From NCBI GenBank assembly GCA_964600695.1, contig CAZRKK010000006.1, forward strand, positions 1 to 61,893: a DNA stretch of 61,893 nucleotides. The letters run 5' to 3'. A model generated the notes under the pieces. The model was not told where the DNA came from and searched no databases. It worked only from the letters and a program-made list of their open reading frames with translations. The position numbers were made by a program, and so were the translations under genes. The first letter of the stretch is position 1; each line of letters opens with the position of its first letter. Positions 24,846-32,019 of the stretch are shown in pieces. This DNA is from an uncultured Candidatus Saccharibacteria bacterium. Its GTDB lineage: Bacteria > Patescibacteriota > Doudnabacteria > UBA920.

Positions 24846-25529
24846 ATGAACCTTAAAGTTAGCCTCGGCAAAGACATTGATAAGCAAGATTATTCAATTG
24901 ACTTTGCCAAACAAAATATTAACTTAACTCTAATTGCCGGCTCAAGTGGCACTGGCAAGAGTGTTTTAGGATACCACATCTACCAGCAACTTGTTAAACA
25001 AAACAGCCCAAACGAGATTACTTTTGTTCTCATAGACAATGTTCATCTAGAGTTTACGCAATGGAACCAAAAATCCCCTTACCTGTACTGCCCTAACATA
25101 ACTGACCAAACTAAAGCCTTAAAAGTTTTAGAAAGTGTCGCAGAACAAATCGACCAAATTAACTCCAGCACCAAACACTATTTTATTCATATCGAAGAGT
25201 GTAACCAATTTGCAAGCGACACAGAGCGAATGAAGCAAATTTTTCAAAAGCTATTCCAAAATAAAAGTGACAGCAAAATCCACCTGATATTTTCCACCAG
25301 TCGTCCATCTAAAGAAATTTTTGCAGATTGGTTATTAGAGATTTCAGATCTAAAAATCATATTTAAACTACCCAAACCCGATGATTACATTACCGTAGCT
25401 GGTGAAGATTTTTCTAATATATTAAAAGGTGTGCCAAGTTATAAAATTGCTTGCCTTCGTGACGAGTTCATTCAACTATTACCATTGTCAGTGGAGGAAG
25501 TTATCTCTGCAGAAAAGTTTAGACTCTAA
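24846..25529 (+). CDS. Minimal FtsK/SpoIIIE-family P-loop ATPase (motor core only, 227 aa)
   Basis: It aligns by eye block for block with the E. coli FtsK motor. [34 protein letters not shown] matches [40 protein letters not shown] matches [25 protein letters not shown] matches the Walker B block. [11 protein letters not shown] matches IHLVLATQRPS. There is no membrane domain and no gamma domain. Confidence 0.75.
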   Translation: [227 protein letters not shown]

Positions 25530-26248
25530 TGACTCATGTACTAAAAAACGTCATCATCCCCTTCCATTCCAGTTATGACGGTAAGAATATAAACAAAGAT
25601 ATTCCTGCCGTAGTTCATCATGGGAATAAAAACGGTGTAGTTATTCTTAACTACCCAGGTGCTAACGGCGATATTGATGGTTATGAAAATAAATACCAGA
25701 AAATGGCTAGTATATTATCCGATGGTGGTCATGGAACAGTGGTGAGATTAGCAAACGAAACTGTGGATAGAATGGACTGGGAAACCGCCACACAAGAAGT
25801 CTTACAACACGCAATCGAGTATGTCCTAGAAAATGGGCAAGAACTATCAGGAAGTGATTCACCTACCTTATACCTAATGGGTTTTTCTGCTGGAGCGAGT
25901 GCTATTGCTTCGATCTGTGGAGTTTACGAGGAAGTTAAAAAAGTCTTACTCATAGCACCATCAGAAGACGCAGGATGGGATGCCATGCATAACAGTCTAT
26001 CTCTATACAAACACGAACTCTACATTACCGCCGGCGAAGACGATACTTATATTGGGATGCACACCGCCCCAAAAATTGATGCAGTAGCTACGAATACCTC
26101 CAAAAAGGAGATAATCACCATACCAAATTGTGACCATCAATTTAAAGGCAGGGAAAATGGTATAATCCTAAGTAAAGCACCTCTCTGGGCTTTTGCAGGT
26201 GACACAAGTTATCCTAGTCCTGAAGGTGGAATGGTGTTGTATGAATAA
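25529..26248 (+). CDS. Alpha/beta-hydrolase fold protein
   Basis: The nucleophile elbow is LMGFSAGAS (GxSxG), with a late His in NCDHQF. The start overlaps the previous stop by 1 nt. Confidence 0.6.
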   Translation: MTHVLKNVIIPFHSSYDGKNINKDIPAVVHHGNKNGVVILNYPGANGDIDGYENKYQKMASILSDGGHGTVVRLANETVDRMDWETATQEVLQHAIEYVLENGQELSGSDSPTLYLMGFSAGASAIASICGVYEEVKKVLLIAPSEDAGWDAMHNSLSLYKHELYITAGEDDTYIGMHTAPKIDAVATNTSKKEIITIPNCDHQFKGRENGIILSKAPLWAFAGDTSYPSPEGGMVLYE

Positions 26249-26258
26249 ATAATCAGTA

Positions 26259-26669
26259 ATGAACATCTACCTAGACATCGATGGAGTTTTACTAACGGAT
26301 TCATTATCCGATCGTGGCAATCCTACACCACACTCTTTGGAGTTACTCAAGTTCCTCACCGAGAATCATACCGTCTATTGGTTAACTACTCACTGTCATG
26401 GCGGTGAAAATCGTGCTCCAGAACACCTCTACCAAAAATTCCCACCGGAAGCTAAAATATATATAGACAAAATACTACCCACAGACTGGGGTACCTGGAA
26501 AACTGATGCCATAGATTTTACTCAAGACTTTAGATGGTTAGATGATGATGTCTACCAGCCTGAATACGATACTCTAGCTAAACATAATTGTAGTGATAAA
26601 TTGATTAAGGTCGATCTAAGGGAAAATCCAAACAAGTTAAAAGATATTATTCAATTATTAAATACTTAA
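26259..26669 (+). CDS. Small HAD-like protein
   Basis: The N-terminal MNIYLDIDGVLL fits HAD motif I (DxDGV). 136 aa. Confidence 0.45.
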   Translation: MNIYLDIDGVLLTDSLSDRGNPTPHSLELLKFLTENHTVYWLTTHCHGGENRAPEHLYQKFPPEAKIYIDKILPTDWGTWKTDAIDFTQDFRWLDDDVYQPEYDTLAKHNCSDKLIKVDLRENPNKLKDIIQLLNT

Positions 26670-26690
26670 CTTTACAAAAGAATCACACTC

Positions 26691-27236
26691 ATGTTAAATA
26701 AAGTAATTATATTCGTACTAGTAATTCTAGTATTTGGTGGGTATCTGTATAAAGTACATCATGTTGATACAAAAGTAGTGCCTGGTGAAGGTGCAGTGAA
26801 AGAAGTAGAATATTATAAACATTGGATTAACGTAAAACTTAAACCAGATGCAAATTCCATTGATTTAGTTGATCTTAAATTATTCCATGGTTTTGATCCT
26901 AAAATTACTACTAATGAAGCGCGCATCAGATTTGGAGAACCATCCAATGTTCAAAAAAAAGAATTTTACGAGGCATATGAATATTCCTTCCCAAATGCTA
27001 GAATTGAGCTTACATTAGAACAAGTCAGCGACGGGACATATTCATACACAGACAAAGGACTTTACTCTTATCCTTATGAAGTTGAATATAGTGAATTCTT
27101 TAATGACAATATTAATAAGTATATTATACCCAATGTAGATGAGACTGTTGTTACTCTAATAGATGATAAAGATGAACCTAAATTTTTAGCTTCTATAAAA
27201 GGCACTAGAATTGACCATATAATTTGGTATAAATAA
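26691..27236 (+). CDS. Membrane-anchored hypothetical protein
   Basis: 181 aa with an N-terminal TM segment (VIIFVLVILVFGGYLY). Confidence 0.5.
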   Translation: MLNKVIIFVLVILVFGGYLYKVHHVDTKVVPGEGAVKEVEYYKHWINVKLKPDANSIDLVDLKLFHGFDPKITTNEARIRFGEPSNVQKKEFYEAYEYSFPNARIELTLEQVSDGTYSYTDKGLYSYPYEVEYSEFFNDNINKYIIPNVDETVVTLIDDKDEPKFLASIKGTRIDHIIWYK

Positions 27237-27314
27237 TAAAAAATCCATCTTTAATAAATTAGTAACTAAATTGTATAGGCACCTTAAAGACATAGTTCGA
27301 TAATTTGCTCCGCT

Positions 27315-27377
27315 CGGTACCCCGCCTTTAGGATATACAAAGGGGTACCGGCAGGGGTGGCTCCCCTCCCCCCTACC
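27315..27377. other. GC-rich palindromic or hairpin element in an AT-rich intergenic region
   Basis: A perfect 9-bp inverted repeat pairs CGGTACCCC (27315-23) with GGGGTACCG (27342-50), 18 nt apart. The hairpin AGGGG-TGGCT-CCCCT (27353-67) and a C6 run follow. Confidence 0.4.
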
Positions 27378-27526
27378 AAGAGTTGTAACAACTATCACGA
27401 CAGCGTCAGTAACAATCTATATACCAGCCTGCAAGATCTGTATTAACGCCTGAAACTCCTTGATTTCCTTGACTAGGGGGTTGTAAAACTTTTTCGTAAA
27501 GACTACCACGCTTAAATTATATATAC

Positions 27527-27556
27527 AAAACACCGCTTAACAGCGGTGTTTTAGTT
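27527..27556. terminator. Bidirectional intrinsic terminator
   Basis: The hairpin is AACACCGC-TTAACA-GCGGTGTT, flanked by A-rich sequence on one side and T-rich sequence on the other. Confidence 0.7.
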
Positions 27557-27574
27557 TTCCAAATAAGAGTTGGG

Positions 27575-28192
27575 CTATATCCGACTTAATGATCCAATTG
27601 ACTCGTTATAGAACTCTGGGAATAGAAGTTGGAGTACTCTATCTAACTCCATCCAAATAGCCTGTTCATTTTTACTAATAGCAATCTGGTCAACAATATC
27701 CCTGGCCTCAACTTCGATATCTGTCAGCAATTGGTGTAGTCGAGATAATTCCATATATTTTTCATTATGTTTGGCCTTTAGTTTATGATGACCAATGTAT
27801 TGATAATGATGAACAGCTTCTTCCCTACCCGCATTTCTCAAATACCTTAGATAGTTAACCTCTCCAAGATCTTGCCCTTTAATCACACCTATTTTTTCAG
27901 TACGTTCCAGTAAAGGAGTATTTAAAGTTTCTAATTTTTTAAAATATTGTATTGGTATATTAATTACTTGCTGGTCAGGGACATAACCGATTGTATCCAA
28001 ATTATCGGAACTTATAAAACTGAGACCATCATCATTCCCGCGACCTAAAAATTCTTGAGCTTCTTGAACCCCAATGGATATCTCGGTAACCATAAGTTCG
28101 ATATCAGAATCTTTTAACCTCACACCTCTTTCATGTAACAGTTTGTATTTTGACTCTGGATTAAAATCTAGATCACTATTTGGTTTATTCAT
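27575..28192 (-). CDS. Hypothetical 205-aa protein (orphan)
   Basis: Clean ORF with GGGGG (28197-28201) as the only purine-rich candidate RBS 5 nt upstream, plus its own promoter and terminator. No recognisable motif. Confidence 0.55.
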   Translation of the reverse strand: MNKPNSDLDFNPESKYKLLHERGVRLKDSDIELMVTEISIGVQEAQEFLGRGNDDGLSFISSDNLDTIGYVPDQQVINIPIQYFKKLETLNTPLLERTEKIGVIKGQDLGEVNYLRYLRNAGREEAVHHYQYIGHHKLKAKHNEKYMELSRLHQLLTDIEVEARDIVDQIAISKNEQAIWMELDRVLQLLFPEFYNESIGSLSRI

Positions 28193-28225
28193 TTTAACCC
28201 CCTAAAGTTTTTACGTTAACAAAAA

Positions 28226-28254
28226 ATTATACAGAATCAAGGGTAGTTTGTCAA
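28226..28254 (-). promoter_or_regulatory. Consensus sigma-70 promoter of 27575..28192
   Basis: Read on the minus strand: the -35 is TTGACA (28254-28249), the spacer is 17 nt, and the -10 is TATAAT (28231-28226). Confidence 0.7.
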
Positions 28255-28325
28255 TGTCAGCCTTTGGTAAACCTCCCTTACCAAAGCCAGATAAGTTTTC
28301 CACCTGTCTTGTTTTGGTCTACCAA
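28250..28325. repeat. Copy A of a 76-nt duplicated promoter-upstream module
   Basis: GTCAATGTCAGCCTTTGGTAAACCTCCCTTACCAAAGCCAGATAAGTTTTCCACCTGTCTTGTTTTGGTCTACCAA aligns with copy B. The 40-nt core AAACCTCCCTTACCAA-N-GCCAGATAAGTTTTCCACCTGTCT is identical apart from one position. Confidence 0.8.
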
Positions 28326-28390
28326 TAAAAAAATTAAAACGCCTGTTTGGGTGTTTTTGATTTGGTTTTATATATGCGAAAATGGTTTTC

Positions 28391-28423
28391 CAAAATAAAA
28401 GCGCTGGTTGTAAAACCAACGCT
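28391..28423 (-). terminator. Intrinsic terminator of 28459..28953
   Basis: On the minus strand, a 10-bp stem AGCGTTGGTT-TTAC-AACCAGCGCT is followed by TTTTATTTT. Confidence 0.7.
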
Positions 28424-28458
28424 TTAGAAATTCGACTCTCCAAGATTCTTAAAGTGTC

Positions 28459-28953
28459 TTAACCTAAGGCAGTTATTGCAACCTCTTGCTTGGCTACCTC
28501 TAATGCTAAGTCTTCCCAACGGCATATACTAAAAGTTGGGTGATCCTCTCCGATGGCTTGCAGAACTTCCTTAGTTTGTTCGAGCCAACGTTCATCTTCT
28601 TGAACAAGACCAGAGGTACGAGCACATTTTAACGAAGCCTCTTTATCTAAGAAAAGGGCAACAATGCGTCCACTCTGTTCTCCCCACCACACTGTATTAC
28701 ACTTTTCTATTTTACGCTGGAACGATGTGATACCACCACCCTCCGGAATGAACTCGATCAAACGAACACCAACTGACATCATTGGACCACTGAATGTTCT
28801 ACCGACAGGTGAAGTTTTACCAACCGATTCAAAAATACATTCTGCGATTGGTTGATACCCACCATGACCGTCATTAGCTTTAACCGAATAAGTACCCCCA
28901 AGAGTTACTGCAAAAAATTCTTGCAACTGATTATCTCTATTATTATCTTCCAT
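28459..28953 (-). CDS. Hypothetical 164-aa protein (orphan)
   Basis: Clean ORF with GGAGGA 5 nt upstream, plus its own promoter and terminator. No recognisable motif. Confidence 0.55.
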   Translation of the reverse strand: MEDNNRDNQLQEFFAVTLGGTYSVKANDGHGGYQPIAECIFESVGKTSPVGRTFSGPMMSVGVRLIEFIPEGGGITSFQRKIEKCNTVWWGEQSGRIVALFLDKEASLKCARTSGLVQEDERWLEQTKEVLQAIGEDHPTFSICRWEDLALEVAKQEVAITALG

Positions 28954-29011
28954 ATATCCTCCAAAAATTTATAGCTACTAATTCAAGTGTCATCACAAGA
29001 TTAGATTTATC

Positions 29012-29040
29012 ACTATATTAAATTATAGACTCGTTGTCAA
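29012..29040 (-). promoter_or_regulatory. Sigma-70 promoter of 28459..28953
   Basis: Read on the minus strand: the -35 is TTGACA (29040-29035), the spacer is 17 nt, and the -10 is TATAGT (29017-29012). Confidence 0.6.
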
Positions 29041-29111
29041 CGTCATCAATTTATAAACCTCCCTTACCAATGCCAGATAAGTTTTCCACCTGTCTCGAGA
29101 TGGTCTACCAA
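29036..29111. repeat. Copy B of the 76-nt duplicated promoter-upstream module
   Basis: GTCAACGTCATCAATTTATAAACCTCCCTTACCAATGCCAGATAAGTTTTCCACCTGTCTCGAGATGGTCTACCAA. It occupies the same position relative to its -35 element as copy A. Confidence 0.8.
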
Positions 29112-29122
29112 AAAAACAGGGG

Positions 29123-30286
29123 CTATGCCCTATTTTTTGTTTTTCGTGTAAAGAAGTATGCTGCTAATAAAGTTGATATCGGCACAGCAAGGATTAATGT
29201 TGTACTACCAATCAGTGACCTTATCAACTCTTCGGCAATGAACTCACTATTTAACAACACCCAAATGGGTTGAGATTTTTGTAGAGTTAGCAGTAAAAAT
29301 AATGGCAGTGCCGCACCAGCATAAACCAATATCAAAGTATTAATCAAAGATGCGATATGTTCTCTACCAATTGATAAACCCTTTTGATATAGAATTACAA
29401 TAGATAAAGTTGAATCTGTTTTATGAAGTTCTTCTACCGCAGCTGTCTGTGCTGTGGTAACATCGTCCAACACTCCCAAAACAGAAATTATTATTCCTGC
29501 TAATAATACTCCTCGAAGGTTTATACTTCCAAGAAAACCTGTTTCCAAAAGAAAAGCATCACTTTGCCCAAAACCAAACAAATTCGAGAGATATACAAAT
29601 ATGTATGCAGTAATAGCCGAAAATGCCAAAGCGATAATAGTGCTAATAGCGGCAACTTGGATACGTTTATTAAATCCGTGGGAGATAAACATGCTCACTA
29701 AAATAATTGCACCTGCTCCTACAATTGCTACAAGAAAAGCATCTTTACCAGCTAATATTTGCGGAGCAATAAAAAATAACAGTATACAGCCAGTGATACC
29801 TAGCCCGATTAACGAAGTTAAACCTCGTCTACGTCCTACCGCAATCGCTAAAAACAAAAACATTCCGATTACAATATAGACTCCTGGTAATCTATATCGA
29901 TCAATCACAACATATTCATCACCAAAGTCAGAAGGCAACAAACCCAGCACCACTCTATCCCCTTGTTTATAGTGAACACCGCCCGCTTTATCTAAAATTT
30001 GTGTGCTTTCGATATTTACCTCTTGGCCGCTTTTATCTGTGTCTGATAATTTAACCTTTAATTGTTGGGTGATTGATTTACTATTTTGAACATCATCAAT
30101 TTGCTCAAAAACTACCTCTTGCACCACACCTTTAGCATAATTTTTAAATGAGCTAGTATCTTGTGAAGCGTTGTCTTTCTGGAAAGCCGAATTATTTGAT
30201 GGCATCTGAATGATGTAAAAACCAGCGCCTGCAATTAACACAGCGCAAAGAATAAGAATATGAATTAACTTAACTCGATTTAACAT
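29123..30286 (-). CDS. YibE/F-family multi-pass membrane protein
   Basis: It has an N-terminal TM segment, a ~120-aa external domain and a polytopic core. The blocks GRRRGLTSLIGL, NLRGVLLAGIIISVLGVLDDVT and GREHIASLINTLILVYAGAALPLFLL match the family as I recall it. An AGGGC-ATA-GCCCT plus T7 terminator follows on the minus strand (29108-29125). Confidence 0.65.
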   Translation of the reverse strand: MLNRVKLIHILILCAVLIAGAGFYIIQMPSNNSAFQKDNASQDTSSFKNYAKGVVQEVVFEQIDDVQNSKSITQQLKVKLSDTDKSGQEVNIESTQILDKAGGVHYKQGDRVVLGLLPSDFGDEYVVIDRYRLPGVYIVIGMFLFLAIAVGRRRGLTSLIGLGITGCILLFFIAPQILAGKDAFLVAIVGAGAIILVSMFISHGFNKRIQVAAISTIIALAFSAITAYIFVYLSNLFGFGQSDAFLLETGFLGSINLRGVLLAGIIISVLGVLDDVTTAQTAAVEELHKTDSTLSIVILYQKGLSIGREHIASLINTLILVYAGAALPLFLLLTLQKSQPIWVLLNSEFIAEELIRSLIGSTTLILAVPISTLLAAYFFTRKTKNRA

Positions 30287-30391
30287 ACTTATAGTGTACC
30301 GTTGTCTTAAAAAATAAATAATATTTTCTCACAACTATTATAGCAAAGTACGTGACTACGCTTGATATTTGTTTTTTGTTATACTTTAAGA

Positions 30392-31114
30392 ATGACTGAC
30401 ACAAAACATCATAGAGAAAAAACTGAGCCACATGCTCATAACCATAATGGCAGACTAAATTGGCTAAGAGCAGCGGTTATGGGAGCCAATGACGGAATAG
30501 TTTCTATTGGAGCTTTGGTTATAGGTATAGCTGGAGTGTCTAATTCGCCTGAGTTTGTACTGACCGCTGGTATCGCTGGTGTGATCTCTGGGTCTATATC
30601 CATGGGCTTAGGAGAATATGTCTCCGTAAGCACTCAACGAGATACTGAATTAGCTTTAATTGCTAAAGAGAAGAGAGAACTTAAAGAACAACCAGAACTT
30701 GAACTTGCAGAGCTTGCCGAAATTTATCAACATAAAGGCTTATCACCAGAGACAGCCAAAATTGTAGCCCAAGAATTAACCGCACACGACCCTATCAAAG
30801 CACACTTAGAGGCAGAACTAGGAATCAATGAAGAAACATTAACCAACCCATGGTACGCAGCTTATGCTTCTGCTGGAGCGTTTCTATTCGGAGCCATCAT
30901 ACCAATACTGATGATTACCATACCACCAACATCATTACGAATCCCTGTGACTTTTGCAGGGGTTGTTCTTGCTCTATCTTTAAATGGGTCACTTAGTGCT
31001 TACGCCGGTGGTTCTAGTAAAAGAAAAGCTACTATTCGAGTTGTCGTAGGAGGAATTCTAGCTATGGCAATTACCTTCGGAGTCAGTAAACTTTTTGGAG
31101 TTACCGGAATCTAA
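30392..31114 (+). CDS. VIT1/CCC1-family iron/manganese transporter
   Basis: LNWLRAAVMGANDGIVSIGALVIG is the family signature, and the central region is helical and acidic. I prefer the ATG at 30392 over the TTG at 30362. Confidence 0.8.
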   Translation: MTDTKHHREKTEPHAHNHNGRLNWLRAAVMGANDGIVSIGALVIGIAGVSNSPEFVLTAGIAGVISGSISMGLGEYVSVSTQRDTELALIAKEKRELKEQPELELAELAEIYQHKGLSPETAKIVAQELTAHDPIKAHLEAELGINEETLTNPWYAAYASAGAFLFGAIIPILMITIPPTSLRIPVTFAGVVLALSLNGSLSAYAGGSSKRKATIRVVVGGILAMAITFGVSKLFGVTGI

Positions 31115-31184
31115 GAAAATTCCTTCATAAAACCGCCTATTCTGAAAGTAAAATCTATGACATAATACCCCTTAAGGGGGATGT

Positions 31185-31982
31185 ATGAAAACTGATAATG
31201 CTCGTTTAAACGTTGATTTTTTGTTGGCAATAGCCTTTTTCCATGCTGGTGCTGCTGTTGCGATATTCTATTATGGGCTGAGTTATTTTTGGATAGCATT
31301 GCTAATCTGGCCATTCAGTCATGGTATTGGTTTGGCAGTCGGTTATCACCGACTCTTAACCCATCGTGGGTTTAAAGTTCATCCATTCTTGGAATATCTC
31401 ATTACCATTTGTGGCACATTGTGTTTACAAGGCGAGCATATTAAATGGGTCGCCATACATAGAGTACACCACAAATACACTGACGAAGGTGGTGACCCAC
31501 ACTCTCCCCGTGATGGCTTCTGGTATGCCCATATCGGATGGATGATCTGGGGTGATCGAGAATTTAGAACTAAAGAATTTTTAATCAAGTATGCAAAAGA
31601 TCTTTATAATGATCGATGGCATTATTTGATTAACAAATTCTGGATGGTGCCGAGTATGGTCCTTGGCCTGATCTTATTCCTGTGGGGTGGCTTACCGTAT
31701 GTACTGTGGGGAATTTTTGTCCCTGTAACATTTGGTTTACACTTTACCTGGTCGGTCAATTCACTTTGTCACTTTTGGGGATCACGGCCAAATGATACTG
31801 GCGAGGATTCGACCAACAATGCATTAGTTGCGGCTGTAACTTTTGGTGAGGGTTGGCATAATAATCATCACGACCAGCAAACCAGAGCTAGACACGGTAT
31901 AGGTAAATACCAATTTGACCCGAGCTGGATGTTTATCTGGACGTTGGGCAAACTGGGCTTAGCCACGAAAATAAAGACCTAA
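31185..31982 (+). CDS. Membrane fatty-acid (acyl-lipid/acyl-CoA delta-9-type) desaturase
   Basis: Three His boxes are present: HRLLTH, HRVHHKYTD and GEGWHNNHH. Confidence 0.85.
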   Translation: MKTDNARLNVDFLLAIAFFHAGAAVAIFYYGLSYFWIALLIWPFSHGIGLAVGYHRLLTHRGFKVHPFLEYLITICGTLCLQGEHIKWVAIHRVHHKYTDEGGDPHSPRDGFWYAHIGWMIWGDREFRTKEFLIKYAKDLYNDRWHYLINKFWMVPSMVLGLILFLWGGLPYVLWGIFVPVTFGLHFTWSVNSLCHFWGSRPNDTGEDSTNNALVAAVTFGEGWHNNHHDQQTRARHGIGKYQFDPSWMFIWTLGKLGLATKIKT

Positions 31983-31988
31983 GTACAA

Positions 31989-32019
31989 ACCCGCGTAGAC
32001 AATTACGCGGGTTATTTTT
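31989..32019. terminator. Intrinsic terminator between the convergent desaturase and cca genes
   Basis: The hairpin ACCCGCGTA-GACAAT-TACGCGGGT is followed by TATTTTTT. Confidence 0.7.

Larger units (their letters stand above)
16183..27400. mobile_element. Putative ~11-kb integrative (possibly conjugative or mobilisable) island abutting tRNA-Glu; right boundary uncertain (27240-29120)
   Basis: The serine integrase lies at the tRNA-proximal edge. Next comes a minus-strand replication module with the RepA-like ATPase. A plus-strand module follows, with small secreted proteins, a nuclease, an FtsK-like ATPase and hydrolases. Recognisable chromosomal genes resume at 29123. Confidence 0.6.

Noticed and set aside
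27186-27398. 70-aa minus-strand ORF overlapping the GC-rich palindrome.
   Set aside because: The translation is Gly/Pro/Arg-rich only where it crosses the G/C tracts. It has no SD and overlaps the end of the 26691..27236 gene. It is more likely a by-product of the structured element.
27240-27560. A direct repeat of the tRNA-Glu 3' end marking the right end of the island.
   Set aside because: No copy of GGTTCGATTCCCCGTAGCGCT or a substantial part of it was found by eye. This is expected, because serine recombinases use a 2-bp crossover and leave no long duplication. The boundary stays undefined.
28237-29273. Track ORFs 28237..28443(-) and 29034..29273(+) as real genes.
   Set aside because: Both are read through the duplicated 76-nt promoter module and terminators, and 29034..29273 also lies antisense to the YibE/F gene. 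The similar peptide stretches (KPPLP.PDKFSTCL) are just the repeat translated.
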